DNA of 64,000 nt from Candidatus Parcubacteria bacterium (GCA_023444045.1 JAEZRQ010000005.1:37726-101725); one strand, 5' to 3'. Shown: positions 46,627 through 55,851, counted from the stretch's first letter. The notes: generated by a model not told the origin, from the letters alone. Program-made: numbers and translations.

Positions 46627-47118
46627 TTATAACTTATCCTTCATTTTAATAATTTTATCAGCTTTGATTTTTGCTTCTTGATCTAAAAAGAATTTATTAA
46701 TACCAGTAATCAAGCTTAACCATTTTTTAATCAAGGAAACAATTTTAGAAACATTAATTTTGGCGGCATTTAACAGTTCATTAATTTTTCTGGCTGTTTT
46801 CTCCCCTTCCGCCTTAAAAATCTTTTGTTTCTCTGGTGACATAGCTAAAAAGGTCTCATTCAATCCTTCGGCTAAAAAATTATCTATTTCTCTCTCGCGG
46901 CGGGCATAATAATCATCGTCTACTTTAGGGCTGGGAGTAGGTGTGGCACTAGCTGTCTCTTTTTTTTCTGAAGTTTTTGCCCCTTCAGTTTCTAAATTAA
47001 AAGAAGCTTCCCTTTCTGGACTTTGTTCTACATAAGGCGCATCTAACACGTCTTCAATACTTTCGGATTTAAGAGGTGTATCTGGTTGTTCAATTTTATT
47101 AATAATATTTTCCGCCAT
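46627..47118 (-). CDS. Acidic, low-complexity hypothetical protein (163 aa)
   Basis: Start refined to ATG 47118 (MAENIINKIEQ...). The track's longer ORF (47154) would overlap the ferredoxin gene. 8-nt gap to the ATPase gene. Confidence 0.6.
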   Translation of the reverse strand: MAENIINKIEQPDTPLKSESIEDVLDAPYVEQSPEREASFNLETEGAKTSEKKETASATPTPSPKVDDDYYARREREIDNFLAEGLNETFLAMSPEKQKIFKAEGEKTARKINELLNAAKINVSKIVSLIKKWLSLITGINKFFLDQEAKIKADKIIKMKDKL

Positions 47119-47123
47119 AAAGA

Positions 47124-47312
<189 letters not shown>

Positions 47313-47335
47313 TTACTTATTATTTTAATAAGATA

Positions 47336-47344
47336 ATTATAACA
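47336..47344 (-). promoter_or_regulatory. Extended -10 promoter element for the ferredoxin-led array
   Basis: Minus strand reads TGTTATAAT (TGnTATAAT) about 40 nt upstream of the ferredoxin ATG. The -35 region is weak. Confidence 0.45.
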
Positions 47345-47422
47345 TATTTTTTAAAAAAATACATAGCAAATTAGGCTCTTTTTCAAGTTTTTTTGATTAA
47401 AAAAATCAGGATTTTTTAAGTG

Positions 47423-47451
47423 TTGACAGTTTTGCTAAGCTTTGTTATTAT
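47423..47451 (+). promoter_or_regulatory. Promoter of rpmA
   Basis: TTGACA (47423-47428), a 17-nt spacer, then TATTAT (47446-47451). Confidence 0.65.
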
Positions 47452-47537
47452 ATTCCCTAGAATAATAAAAAATAAGGATACACTGAGTCAGGCATTTAGG
47501 CCTTTTTTTGGTTAAAGATCAGACTCACTCTAAATTT

Positions 47538-47837
47538 ATGGCACATAAGAAAGCCGCCGGTTCAACCTCGCTTGGCCGCGATTCAGAAAGTAAGCGCTTA
47601 GGTGTTAAGCTCTCTGATGGTCAAATTGCTAAGGCCGGCAACATCATTATCAGACAACGTGGTACTAAATATTACCCAGGAACTGGTGTAAGACGTGGCA
47701 ATGATGACACTCTTTACGCAGTGGCTGATGGTTTTGTAAAATTTACTACCAAAAAATTAAAGAAATTTAACGGTGACCTTAAAGCAACAAAAGTGGTTAA
47801 TATTGTTTCTGAAAGACCAGTTACTGTTAAAGCTTAA
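47538..47837 (+). CDS. rpmA: 50S ribosomal protein L27
   Basis: Start refined to ATG 47538. [24 protein letters not shown] is nearly identical to the canonical L27 N-terminus. Confidence 0.93.
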   Translation: MAHKKAAGSTSLGRDSESKRLGVKLSDGQIAKAGNIIIRQRGTKYYPGTGVRRGNDDTLYAVADGFVKFTTKKLKKFNGDLKATKVVNIVSERPVTVKA

Positions 47838-47851
47838 ACTTTTCTAAATTC

Positions 47852-47885
47852 AAAAAAGACTCGGGTAATTCCGGGTCTTTTTTTG
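47852..47885 (+). terminator. Intrinsic terminator of rpmA
   Basis: AAAAAAGACTCGGGTAATTCCGGGTCTTTTTTT. Confidence 0.8.
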
Positions 47886-47887
47886 TA

Positions 47888-47916
47888 TTGACAGACACTT
47901 CATTGCTGTATATACT
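47888..47916 (+). promoter_or_regulatory. Promoter of the toxin-antitoxin operon
   Basis: TTGACA (47888-47893), a 17-nt spacer, then TATACT (47911-47916). Confidence 0.65.
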
Positions 47917-47941
47917 TAATATATACAATATATATACTATA
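47909..47941 (+). repeat. Three phased 11-bp direct repeats (TATATACnnnn), candidate antitoxin operator
   Basis: TATATAC at 47909, 47920 and 47931 (exact 11-bp period). The repeats overlap the -10 box and the predicted TSS. Confidence 0.5.
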
Positions 47942-47946
47942 AGAAT

Positions 47947-48225
47947 ATGAATACCACCGTGATAAATATTAAAACTAGTGAAGAAGTAAAAAAAGAGGCT
48001 CAGAAAATAGCCTCTGATTTAGGTTTAAATCTAAGTGTGGTAATTAATGGCTTTTTAAAACAGTTAGTTAGAAATAAGGCCGTCTTTTTTACTTTAGATG
48101 AGAGTCATCCAAGTAAATATTTATTAAATTCTATTAAAGAATCAAAAAGCGATAAAAAAAATAAAAATACGCATTCTTTTAAAAATAACCGAGAAGCCCT
48201 CTCCTTTCTTGATGATAAAAAATGA
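47947..48225 (+). CDS. RelB/DinJ-family type II antitoxin
   Basis: 92 aa. The N-terminal ribbon-helix-helix-like INIKTSEEVKKEAQKIASDLGLNLSVVINGFLKQLV parallels DinJ. ATGA overlap with the toxin gene. Confidence 0.8.
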   Translation: MNTTVINIKTSEEVKKEAQKIASDLGLNLSVVINGFLKQLVRNKAVFFTLDESHPSKYLLNSIKESKSDKKNKNTHSFKNNREALSFLDDKK

Positions 48226-48491
48226 AAATAGAATACTCTAAAAGATTTATTAAAGATTTTAGAAATTCACCAAAATACATAAGGAATAAGTTTAAGTTAT
48301 GCTTAGAAATTTTTATTGAGGATAAAAATAATAGGCTACTTAATAATCACCCACTTGTAGGAAGACTAAGTAGCTACAGAAGTATAAACATCACCGGAGA
48401 TTGGCGAGCGATTTTTGAAGAGTTAAATGACAATATTGAGATTACTGCCTATTTTATTGCTATCGGCACTCATAGCCAACTTTATAATTAG
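48222..48491 (+). CDS. RelE/YafQ-family type II toxin (mRNA interferase)
   Basis: 89 aa. NHPLVGRLSSYRSINITGDWRAIFE...IGTHSQLY matches the RelE/YafQ C-terminal pattern. Confidence 0.8.
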   Translation: MKIEYSKRFIKDFRNSPKYIRNKFKLCLEIFIEDKNNRLLNNHPLVGRLSSYRSINITGDWRAIFEELNDNIEITAYFIAIGTHSQLYN

Positions 48492-48508
48492 ATACTCAAA
48501 CTAAAAAA

Positions 48509-48546
48509 GCCCCCAATATGGACGTATCCATATCAGGGTCTTTTTC
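48509..48546. terminator. Bidirectional terminator between the TA operon and the convergent gene
   Basis: ATATGGA-CGTA-TCCATAT core stem with an outer CCC/GGG pairing, an A-run upstream and a T-run downstream. Confidence 0.75.
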
Positions 48547-48590
48547 ATAATGATACTATCATTATATTACTAACAGTTAAAAAATCAATA

Positions 48591-50720
48591 TTATTTTATT
48601 ATCCCTCCCTGCCCGCTTAGAACTTTAGCTCTGAAGGCAGCCTCACTAGCCTCTTGCTCGTTACCTAAATTACTATGAATCTCTGAAAGTAAATTCCAAG
48701 ATTCAGCACTATTTGGCTGAAAGACAACTAGTTGTTTGGCCATGACTAGAGTTCTATCCCAATCTTCCGCTAAATAGTAATGCTCTGCTAACTCTAAAAA
48801 CTCAGTACTCATATTTAAGGTCTCAGCGCCGCCAAAATCAACACATTTATCACCGTTTGCAAAAGCTAACTCATCTTCACCCGTCATCTTATAAAACTTA
48901 AATAAATTGCAGTAGGCATCAGGAAAATCTGGGTTAAACTCAATTGATTTTGTCACTAGAGCGATTGCTTCATCAGATCTGTCTAGCATCATTAAAATAT
49001 TAGCCTTAAGGAAATATAGAGGTAAGCGCTGTGGACTTAAAGCAATAGCCAAATCAAGATGTTCTAAAGATTTTTCAGTATAAGCCTCATCTTTAGTGAA
49101 GTTAAAAGCCAGGCCATACATTTGGGCGGTCTGTAACTGCATTAAACTATCTTGGGGGTTATTCAGTAAATTCTCTTGAGCTAATTTTAGAGCGTAATCT
49201 ATTACTATTTTTTTATCTTCATCACTTAAAGCCTCCATAAACTGTGTGTTACTCATTAGACCATTTAAGAAAGAATTTTTGCCATCACGATCAAGCGGTG
49301 TTTCATTTTTAAAGGCATCTTGATAGGTGCTTACTGACTCCATAATCTGCCCTTGCGATAATAAACGGTAGCCATTAATAACGCCACTAAAAGTTTTCCA
49401 CGGTTTAATATTAAAGTGATTAGTTAAAATTAAAACCAGTAATAATCCAATAGCTAAAAGACTAGTCTCTGGAATTTTCTTTTCCGTTTCTTTTTCTGAA
49501 TTGGGGTTAATTAGATAATAAATATAAGCCAAAGAAATCATCAGCCCAATATAAGTCACCAGAGAATCAAAAATGGCTAGATTCTGAATAAAGTAAGCGA
49601 CAAAGAGGCCAATTAAAATAATCGGCTCTAAATTATGACGGTCCTGCTTGATAATTCTAAGTAGATAAAAAGCAACCGCTATAAAAATGCTTAGATAAGC
49701 GATTAAGCCAACCAGCCCAGTGGTTGAGACAATATCAATTAGATTATTATGAGCCCGATCAAAATAAGTGTCGCCTCTAGAATATTCATAAAAACGAGCA
49801 TTAAAGTGGCGGTCAAAGATGTCGGCATAGTTACCAAAACCAACCCCAAACCAAGGGTGATTATGAAAGTCTTTAGCAGCTGCTTCCCAGGAAACTAAGC
49901 GGGTTTGAAAAGTATTTTTTTGTGAGGTTAGGTTCCTTAAAAAGGAATTCTGAAACCAGGCGGCTTCTTGCTGAGAAAAGATAAAGGTAAGAACTAAAAT
50001 AGCCACCGCTAAAGCACTCCAAGCGGCAATTTTAATCTTTTTATTCTGATGCAGAACACCAATGAGGAAGACAACAAGAAGAACACTGATTCCTAGGCCA
50101 ATAATCGCCCCTGAGGTGCGTGTTTTACTAAATTCCAGTAACATTATTAGAACTGGAATTAGCAAACTCCAGCGCCAATTTTGGCCCTTAGCCCGATAAA
50201 ACAAGAGAGCGGCAAAATAGATATTAAATATGATATAACCACTAACATAAGCAGTATTGCCAATAGTGCTATAAGGATTACCAGCTAAACCAATCACACT
50301 AACGATAGTAGCAATCAAAACTGAAGAACCCAGAAGAATCTGCCAGTCTTTTTGAGTTCTAAAAACAGTGATCAAGATTAAATAAAGAAAAAAGAAGTGG
50401 ATAATATGAAAAACGCCAAGCATTCTCTCCGCATCACCCCAGAAACTAAGCAAGGGGTCAACACTAGAAAAACAGGACCAAGTAATAGCCAAAAGAAAAG
50501 CAACTATTCCCCAAGTGATAAAAGACCTTTTAGGGCGATATGAAGGAAACTTCCAGATAAAGATTAACCAGAAAACCATCAAGAACTCAGTTAAAATATT
50601 AAAGGTTAACTGCTTGGAAGTGATATACGGAAAAAGCAAACCGGAAAAGACTAAAAAAACAGTCAACAAAGAAGCGATAGCTCCTATTTGTAATAAGCGA
50701 AGATAGAATTTTGAAGTCAT
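48591..50720 (-). CDS. O-antigen ligase-like polytopic membrane domain fused to a C-terminal TPR repeat domain
   Basis: 709 aa. About 12 hydrophobic segments with the RAHNNLIDIVSTTGLVGL motif. The C-terminal ~280 aa have TPR-like repeats (AIALVTKSIEFNPDFPDAYCNLFKFY...). Confidence 0.75.
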   Translation of the reverse strand: MTSKFYLRLLQIGAIASLLTVFLVFSGLLFPYITSKQLTFNILTEFLMVFWLIFIWKFPSYRPKRSFITWGIVAFLLAITWSCFSSVDPLLSFWGDAERMLGVFHIIHFFFLYLILITVFRTQKDWQILLGSSVLIATIVSVIGLAGNPYSTIGNTAYVSGYIIFNIYFAALLFYRAKGQNWRWSLLIPVLIMLLEFSKTRTSGAIIGLGISVLLVVFLIGVLHQNKKIKIAAWSALAVAILVLTFIFSQQEAAWFQNSFLRNLTSQKNTFQTRLVSWEAAAKDFHNHPWFGVGFGNYADIFDRHFNARFYEYSRGDTYFDRAHNNLIDIVSTTGLVGLIAYLSIFIAVAFYLLRIIKQDRHNLEPIILIGLFVAYFIQNLAIFDSLVTYIGLMISLAYIYYLINPNSEKETEKKIPETSLLAIGLLLVLILTNHFNIKPWKTFSGVINGYRLLSQGQIMESVSTYQDAFKNETPLDRDGKNSFLNGLMSNTQFMEALSDEDKKIVIDYALKLAQENLLNNPQDSLMQLQTAQMYGLAFNFTKDEAYTEKSLEHLDLAIALSPQRLPLYFLKANILMMLDRSDEAIALVTKSIEFNPDFPDAYCNLFKFYKMTGEDELAFANGDKCVDFGGAETLNMSTEFLELAEHYYLAEDWDRTLVMAKQLVVFQPNSAESWNLLSEIHSNLGNEQEASEAAFRAKVLSGQGGIIK

Positions 50721-50746
50721 ATAATAATATTATTTAAGCTACCAGT

Positions 50747-50775
50747 ATTCTAGCAGTATTTTAGGGAAATATCAA
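50747..50775 (-). promoter_or_regulatory. Promoter of 48591..50720
   Basis: Minus strand reads TTGATA (50775-50770), a 17-nt spacer, then TAGAAT (50752-50747). Confidence 0.55.
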
Positions 50776-51021
50776 AAAACTAATACTTCTTAGTCTCTCC
50801 ATCAGCACCATGATAAATAATGATTTGATTGTTTAATTCTTTCATAATTTTAGAGTTAATTATTAAACTTAAAGCATAACAAAAAGACCATGAGGAAAAC
50901 CTCAAGATTTGGTCAAGAAAAAAGATAATAAAACAACTAATACTATTAGTTTTGCTGTCATTACCAACTACCGAGGATTTCTCGGTGGTTAAGCTTTTAT
51001 CAAACCTAACTTCTTTATATA

Positions 51022-51048
51022 CAAAAAGACCCTCCAAGAAGGAGGGTC
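51022..51048 (-). terminator. Intrinsic terminator of the giant surface-protein gene
   Basis: GACCCTCC-AAGAA-GGAGGGTC, followed on the minus strand by TTTTTGT. Confidence 0.85.
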
Positions 51049-51094
51049 TTTCGTTAATTCTTAATGAATTAAGAATTTCTTATTAAAAACTATA

Positions 51095-54000
51095 CTAGTT
51101 TTTAATAGTAACACCATCAACTTTAGTAGTTGATAATCTTAAATCAGTCTTATCAGAAGCTGTTAAAGCGTCTTTCCAAGTAAGATTTGTAGTTAGATCA
51201 TCTAAACTTACATTGATTGAACTATCACCAGCAATAGCTGCTGTGAATGTTGGGACTACTTTTACTAAGAAGTAAGCTGTTTCACCAGGCATAACTTCAT
51301 AATCAGCGCCAGAAAGAGTAGCAAAAGTAGTTGATGTAGCAGCTGGGGTTCCAGTTACTGCAGCAGCGGTACCATTTACTCTTTCGATAGAAGCAGTGTA
51401 AGAAGTAATCTTAGAAGAAGTTGCAACTCCTACAACAATTTGACTGATTCTAGTTTTAATAGAATCACCATTTTGTTCAGTGTTAGAAGAAACTGGAGCT
51501 GTTACTGAAATAATAGCAGCATTAGCAGCTTGTCCATCTGTAAGACTTAATGAACGACTTACATTTCCAGCGCTACCAACTAAATCAATACTAGAAATCC
51601 TAGAAGCAACAACAGCCATTTTCTTAGAAACTTGTGTTGATACAGCGCTAGAAGTAATACCAGCAGCGGTATAATCAGTGCTATAACCAATTTCACCAGA
51701 ACCTAAAATAGTATCAGCGCCATTGTTGACTAATGATTCACCAGAATTATATCCAGTAGCCTCAATGTTGTTTACTTTTAAAGTAATATCAGCAGTTGAA
51801 GTACCGGTCTGGTCTTTTCCAATAGGAGATAATTTAGCTTTTACGTAATAGTTCTTTGAACTCATTGGAACAATCATTTTATCACCAGAAATCTCAATAA
51901 CAGAGCTTGTGGCAATAATATTAGTAGAACCAACTAAAGTAGAACCGTCGTAAATACCTAATTCGGTAACTAGACCGTTTAGATTTTCGCTAGCCTCAAC
52001 AGTTAACTTAGTAACTTTAACAGTTTCATTTTCTGCTTTTAATTTTAAAGCAGCAAGAGCACCTGTTTCAGCGCCAGCTAATTGGTAAGAATCTCTATTT
52101 GTTGAAGAATCACCATTATCCATTGCAACATATAAAGATCCAGTACCAACCATAGCAACTGTTCTTGCAGAAACTAAAGTTGTCCATGGGCTAGTTGGGG
52201 TTGGAGTAATAGTTTTTCCATCACTAGCTTCAATACTAGCATCTTTTAAAGCAAATTTAATGTTTTTTGTAGAAGAATCAGTATTCTTTACAAAAGAAAC
52301 AGTTACTTTATAAGTGTTTGTATCATTTGCATTAACCTTTTCACTTAAGTCAGTGAAGGTTAAATCAGTACCACCACCAATTTGTGAAGATGATACAGTT
52401 TTAACTAATGAATCGCCCTTCCAAAGCTTAACAGCAGAAACTGTCTGAGTGCTGAAAGCAAGGCTTCCTGATTCCTTTTCGATTGTTAAATCTCTAAGAT
52501 AAGCATCGGAATTTTGAGCTGCTTTAACATTGAAGTTTAGAACTTCAACATCTGAAGTGCCAATAACAGCAGTATAAGATGATGATAAAGCGTTTAATGA
52601 GAAAGTAGCACCGGCTGTTTCTACAGCAACTTTCTTAAGTTCAACTGTATTAGGAGTAATGTCACCAATTACAGTATCATTGCCAGTTTCTTTAATGATT
52701 AAATCATTAGCAGCATCTGCAATTTTTACAGTGTAATCTTCGTTAGTGGCAGTTGATAAGGTATCAAATCTGACTACTAATTCATTTGTAACACCACTGG
52801 TTAACATTAAGCCCATGCTTGTATTAGCATAAACTTTTACACCAGAAGCTGTAGTTGTTGAAACATGAGACAAATCATAAACAGTGTTATTAGTCTTGTT
52901 GAAAACTTCTACATTCTCAATCTTGGTGAAAGATGAAGTTGCAGCAATATTATCATTAGTTGAAGTGATTGTTAATCTTAAAGTTGATAATTCAGCATTT
53001 TTACCGCTATTAGCAGTAATCTTGAAGGTACCAATTTCTTGATTATCAACATCAACTCTTAATTTATCACTAGCAGCATTAACTTTCTCAATGCTAACAG
53101 TACCAGCTTTAACAGTAACCAATCTTGATGTTAATGTAGTTGCGATTTGTGATTGGTATCCATAGTAATCACCAGTTGCCACAACATCAGAAGCAGCTTC
53201 GATAACAAGACCAATTGTTTTTCCTGCTCCATCAACTACGTCAGCAGTAACAGTTAATCTCTTGTTAGAGATACTCTTATTGATAGTAATTGGGTTGTTC
53301 AATGTAAAAGTAACATAACGATTTGATATAGAAGGTGCGCTAGCAACCTCTTGACCATCGAAATTTAGTTTTAGATTTTCAACAACACTATCAGAAGCGG
53401 AACTTGCAGGGTCCTTTTTAAAGGTTATTGCTTTAACGGTAATGTTTTCAACATCGTCATTAGCTAATTTTACTTTAGCAATAGTAGCACCTTTATCACC
53501 TAATTTTACTTCAGATAAAGCACTGTCGTCAGTGAAAGTTAATTTACCAACGGCGACAGTAGCTGCAGTGAAAATATTACCAGCAACTGGGAATGAACCA
53601 GAAACAGTGTTTCCAGCCATAACATCAGAAGCTTTAGCAATACTTAAACCATGCTTACCGGTTCCTGCAGAAATCAAAGCTCTTACTTCGAAAGTAGCAG
53701 TTGTTCCAGCTGGAATAGTTACAGCATTTGTGAAGTTAATTTGCGCCTCTTTATTTGAATCAATGTCACGAGCAGTGTTATTTAATTTAACATTATCTTT
53801 GTAAACAGAGATTTTCTGAATGTTTTGAGGGGTCCCCAAACCAATAGCACTTAGCTTGACTCCAGAAATCACAGCTGGACCATCGTTAGCAGCAGTAATA
53901 TTGAATTTCAACATTGTGTTTGCTGTACCGATAGGTAGGTCGTTAGCAGCTGGGGTAGTAGCTGATAAGCTGACAGTTACGCCAGAACCAGTTACAACTG

Positions 54001-54685
54001 GACCAGTGGTTTTGCTTTGTGGAACATAAGCGAATTCGCTAGTAGAGATAGCTGAACCACCTGCAGTAATAGCAGAAGAAACAGTAACTACGTTAGCGAA
54101 ATCAAATCTATTAGCATTGAAGGCTGCTTCGTTAGCAATAGAGCGATAGTTAGCACCATCATAGTAATAGATAGTACCAGAATCAGCTGTTTTTACTAAA
54201 GTACCAGCAGGAACTTCATTAGCTGCTAGAGGAGTTCCGATGGTGTAGTTGGTGAAGAAAGCGTCAGCAACGTCAACAACTCTCTTTGCCCAATTTGCAC
54301 CAAACATAGCGATAGCATCAGCTTCGCTTTGGATTTTTCTTAATACGCCATTTGGTTCAACAGCATATACAGAAGGATCAGTAGTGATCTTAATTAATTT
54401 TGTACCTGGTCTCATTACAATGTTAGAACCTAATGGGTAGCTCTGTAATTCTGAAGCAGAAACAGTTACTACGCCACTGAAATCCTTGTGCCATGAGAAG
54501 TATACAGCCTCACTTGGATAAACATATCTTTTACCGTCGTTGCCCAAGTAATAAACGGATGATAATCCGTCCATCTTGATAAGGTCGCCAGCTTGTGGAG
54601 CGGCAGCGCTTGCGCTTAGACCAAGCATTGAAAATGCAGTCATGACCATTACGCCAACGGTTAAAAACTTGCGTAATTTTTTCAT
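51095..54685 (-). CDS. Giant exported Thr/Ser/Ala/Val-rich surface protein (S-layer/adhesin-like), hypothetical
   Basis: ORF 51095..54718. Preferred start is ATG 54685 (MKKLRKFLTVGVMVMTAFSMLGLSASAAAP, a signal peptide), giving 1196 aa. No Cys. Long beta-rich repetitive body. N-terminal LIKxxxxSSVYYLGNDGKRYVYP module. Alternative start at 54718. Confidence 0.8.
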   Translation of the reverse strand: MKKLRKFLTVGVMVMTAFSMLGLSASAAAPQAGDLIKMDGLSSVYYLGNDGKRYVYPSEAVYFSWHKDFSGVVTVSASELQSYPLGSNIVMRPGTKLIKITTDPSVYAVEPNGVLRKIQSEADAIAMFGANWAKRVVDVADAFFTNYTIGTPLAANEVPAGTLVKTADSGTIYYYDGANYRSIANEAAFNANRFDFANVVTVSSAITAGGSAISTSEFAYVPQSKTTGPVVTGSGVTVSLSATTPAANDLPIGTANTMLKFNITAANDGPAVISGVKLSAIGLGTPQNIQKISVYKDNVKLNNTARDIDSNKEAQINFTNAVTIPAGTTATFEVRALISAGTGKHGLSIAKASDVMAGNTVSGSFPVAGNIFTAATVAVGKLTFTDDSALSEVKLGDKGATIAKVKLANDDVENITVKAITFKKDPASSASDSVVENLKLNFDGQEVASAPSISNRYVTFTLNNPITINKSISNKRLTVTADVVDGAGKTIGLVIEAASDVVATGDYYGYQSQIATTLTSRLVTVKAGTVSIEKVNAASDKLRVDVDNQEIGTFKITANSGKNAELSTLRLTITSTNDNIAATSSFTKIENVEVFNKTNNTVYDLSHVSTTTASGVKVYANTSMGLMLTSGVTNELVVRFDTLSTATNEDYTVKIADAANDLIIKETGNDTVIGDITPNTVELKKVAVETAGATFSLNALSSSYTAVIGTSDVEVLNFNVKAAQNSDAYLRDLTIEKESGSLAFSTQTVSAVKLWKGDSLVKTVSSSQIGGGTDLTFTDLSEKVNANDTNTYKVTVSFVKNTDSSTKNIKFALKDASIEASDGKTITPTPTSPWTTLVSARTVAMVGTGSLYVAMDNGDSSTNRDSYQLAGAETGALAALKLKAENETVKVTKLTVEASENLNGLVTELGIYDGSTLVGSTNIIATSSVIEISGDKMIVPMSSKNYYVKAKLSPIGKDQTGTSTADITLKVNNIEATGYNSGESLVNNGADTILGSGEIGYSTDYTAAGITSSAVSTQVSKKMAVVASRISSIDLVGSAGNVSRSLSLTDGQAANAAIISVTAPVSSNTEQNGDSIKTRISQIVVGVATSSKITSYTASIERVNGTAAAVTGTPAATSTTFATLSGADYEVMPGETAYFLVKVVPTFTAAIAGDSSINVSLDDLTTNLTWKDALTASDKTDLRLSTTKVDGVTIKN

Positions 54686-55101
54686 ATTTGTGTTTAAGGA
54701 TTCAGAAGTAAGTGTCATTAAAATAGTAGTAATAACAACTTCCTCCTGAGATTTTTACTCAGATCAAGCGCCAATCAACGGAGATTCCATCAAATAAATC
54801 GATCGGAATCCCGCTCCTCTAGAACGAATTCTAAAGAAAAGCTAAATCGATTTACCATCAGAACTTCCAGCCGATTTTTGCTTCTCACTGAGTTTTTTGG
54901 TTTTTAACAGAACGAAAGCCATCTCTTGCGAGACTCGACCCTTTACGGGGTTTCGCTGATCCGTCTAAAGCGAACTTTAAAGCGGACCTGTTAATTTATC
55001 TCTTCCGTTTGACCAAATCAGATGAATCAGAAATGACGAATCTTCCGAGAAGGGGTTGGGGGTGAGATAAACTAACAGCTCAGCCTTAAAATTAAGGCAG
55101 A
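54686..55101 (-). promoter_or_regulatory. Long ORF-free, hairpin-rich 5' leader (or independent structured RNA) upstream of the giant surface-protein gene
   Basis: About 380-415 nt with no ORF of 60 aa or more in any frame. Minus-strand hairpins have stable tetraloops: UAGAA-UUCG-UUCUA (54820-54833) and UCUC-GCAA-GAGA (54922-54933). A long GGAG/GATTCC...GGAATC/CTCC hairpin spans 54780-54817. CTGAG/CTCAG (54746-54762) abuts an AGGAGG (54742-54747). Confidence 0.45.
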
Positions 55102-55851
55102 TTATTTTATCAGATCATTTACTTCTTTTAACTTGTTAAGCGCTTCAGTGTAATTCTTGCTATCAAATAAATTTTTGGCTTCTTCTAAAATCTTAGTAGT
55201 TGAAGAAACGCTTGGCTCTACAGCAGTAGTCACATCATTAATGCTTAGACCACTATCTTCTTTTTCCAAAGTGGCACTTAAAATTAAATCGGAAGAGGTG
55301 CTGCTTGGTTCGCTTGTATCATTTTTTTGTACAAGCGGTTGCTCTAGTCTAGCTACCTTGCGTTGTACTGTTTCAATCTCTTGATTAAAACGAACGTTTA
55401 ACTTAGCAATTTCTTCTTCATTGTTAAATTCTGGGTCAGCCAAAACGGAAGTAATATCTTGAGCGTTATTGGCAGCAAATTTAACCGCCATCTTCTCTCT
55501 TTCATTAGTATCTAAGATGGTGCTTAATTTTGCCTTTTCAGAAATTTCTCTGGCGATATATAATGACTGGTCTGGTCTAGTTTTAGAAAGTAATAGATGC
55601 GCATAAGAACTAGAAGCAAAAACCACTAGTAATAATGAAGCCAAGGCAACGGCCGGACTGGAAGCGGTTTTCACTAAACTCTTGAAGTTAATCACAAAAG
55701 CGGTCCATGAGGACAGATTAGTGGCTCCAGAGTTGGAAATTTGGGAATACAAAGAATCCCGATTCGCTTTTAACCAGCTAGAATCGGGTTTAATTTCCCT
55801 AAGATTAGATAATTTTTTGATTAAATCTCGGTCAGTCATAAAATTGCGCAT
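55102..55851 (-). CDS. Anti-sigma-like single-pass membrane protein (DUF5667-like, tentative)
   Basis: Start refined to ATG 55851 (MRNFMTDRDLIKKLSNLREIKPD...); 55839 is also possible. Central TM AVALASLLLVVFASSSYAHLLL. Helical extracytoplasmic domain. Lies directly downstream of the ECF sigma gene. Confidence 0.6.
   Translation of the reverse strand: MRNFMTDRDLIKKLSNLREIKPDSSWLKANRDSLYSQISNSGATNLSSWTAFVINFKSLVKTASSPAVALASLLLVVFASSSYAHLLLSKTRPDQSLYIAREISEKAKLSTILDTNEREKMAVKFAANNAQDITSVLADPEFNNEEEIAKLNVRFNQEIETVQRKVARLEQPLVQKNDTSEPSSTSSDLILSATLEKEDSGLSINDVTTAVEPSVSSTTKILEEAKNLFDSKNYTEALNKLKEVNDLIK

Noticed and set aside
47508-47537. N-terminal extension of L27 (TTG start at 47508), possibly a Firmicutes-style cleavable propeptide
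   Set aside because: An ATG at 47538 gives [10 protein letters not shown]..., matching the canonical mature L27 start. The extension lacks the conserved FF|A-type cleavage context, and no Prp protease gene is adjacent.
50780-51037. 85-aa track ORF between the TPR-ligase gene and the giant surface-protein gene
   Set aside because: Its 5' part runs through the terminator hairpin of the upstream gene (51022-51048), and the sequence looks random. Only the last ~21 codons (MKELNNQIIIYHGADGETKKY) faintly recall the N-terminus of RhuM-type proteins. At best this is a tiny gene fragment, and there is not enough evidence to call a pseudogene.
54686-54718. Upstream start (ATG 54718, MTLTSESLNTN) for the giant surface protein
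   Set aside because: The signal peptide begins at MKKLRKF (ATG 54685). Neither start has a well-spaced SD, so 54718 is kept only as an alternative.
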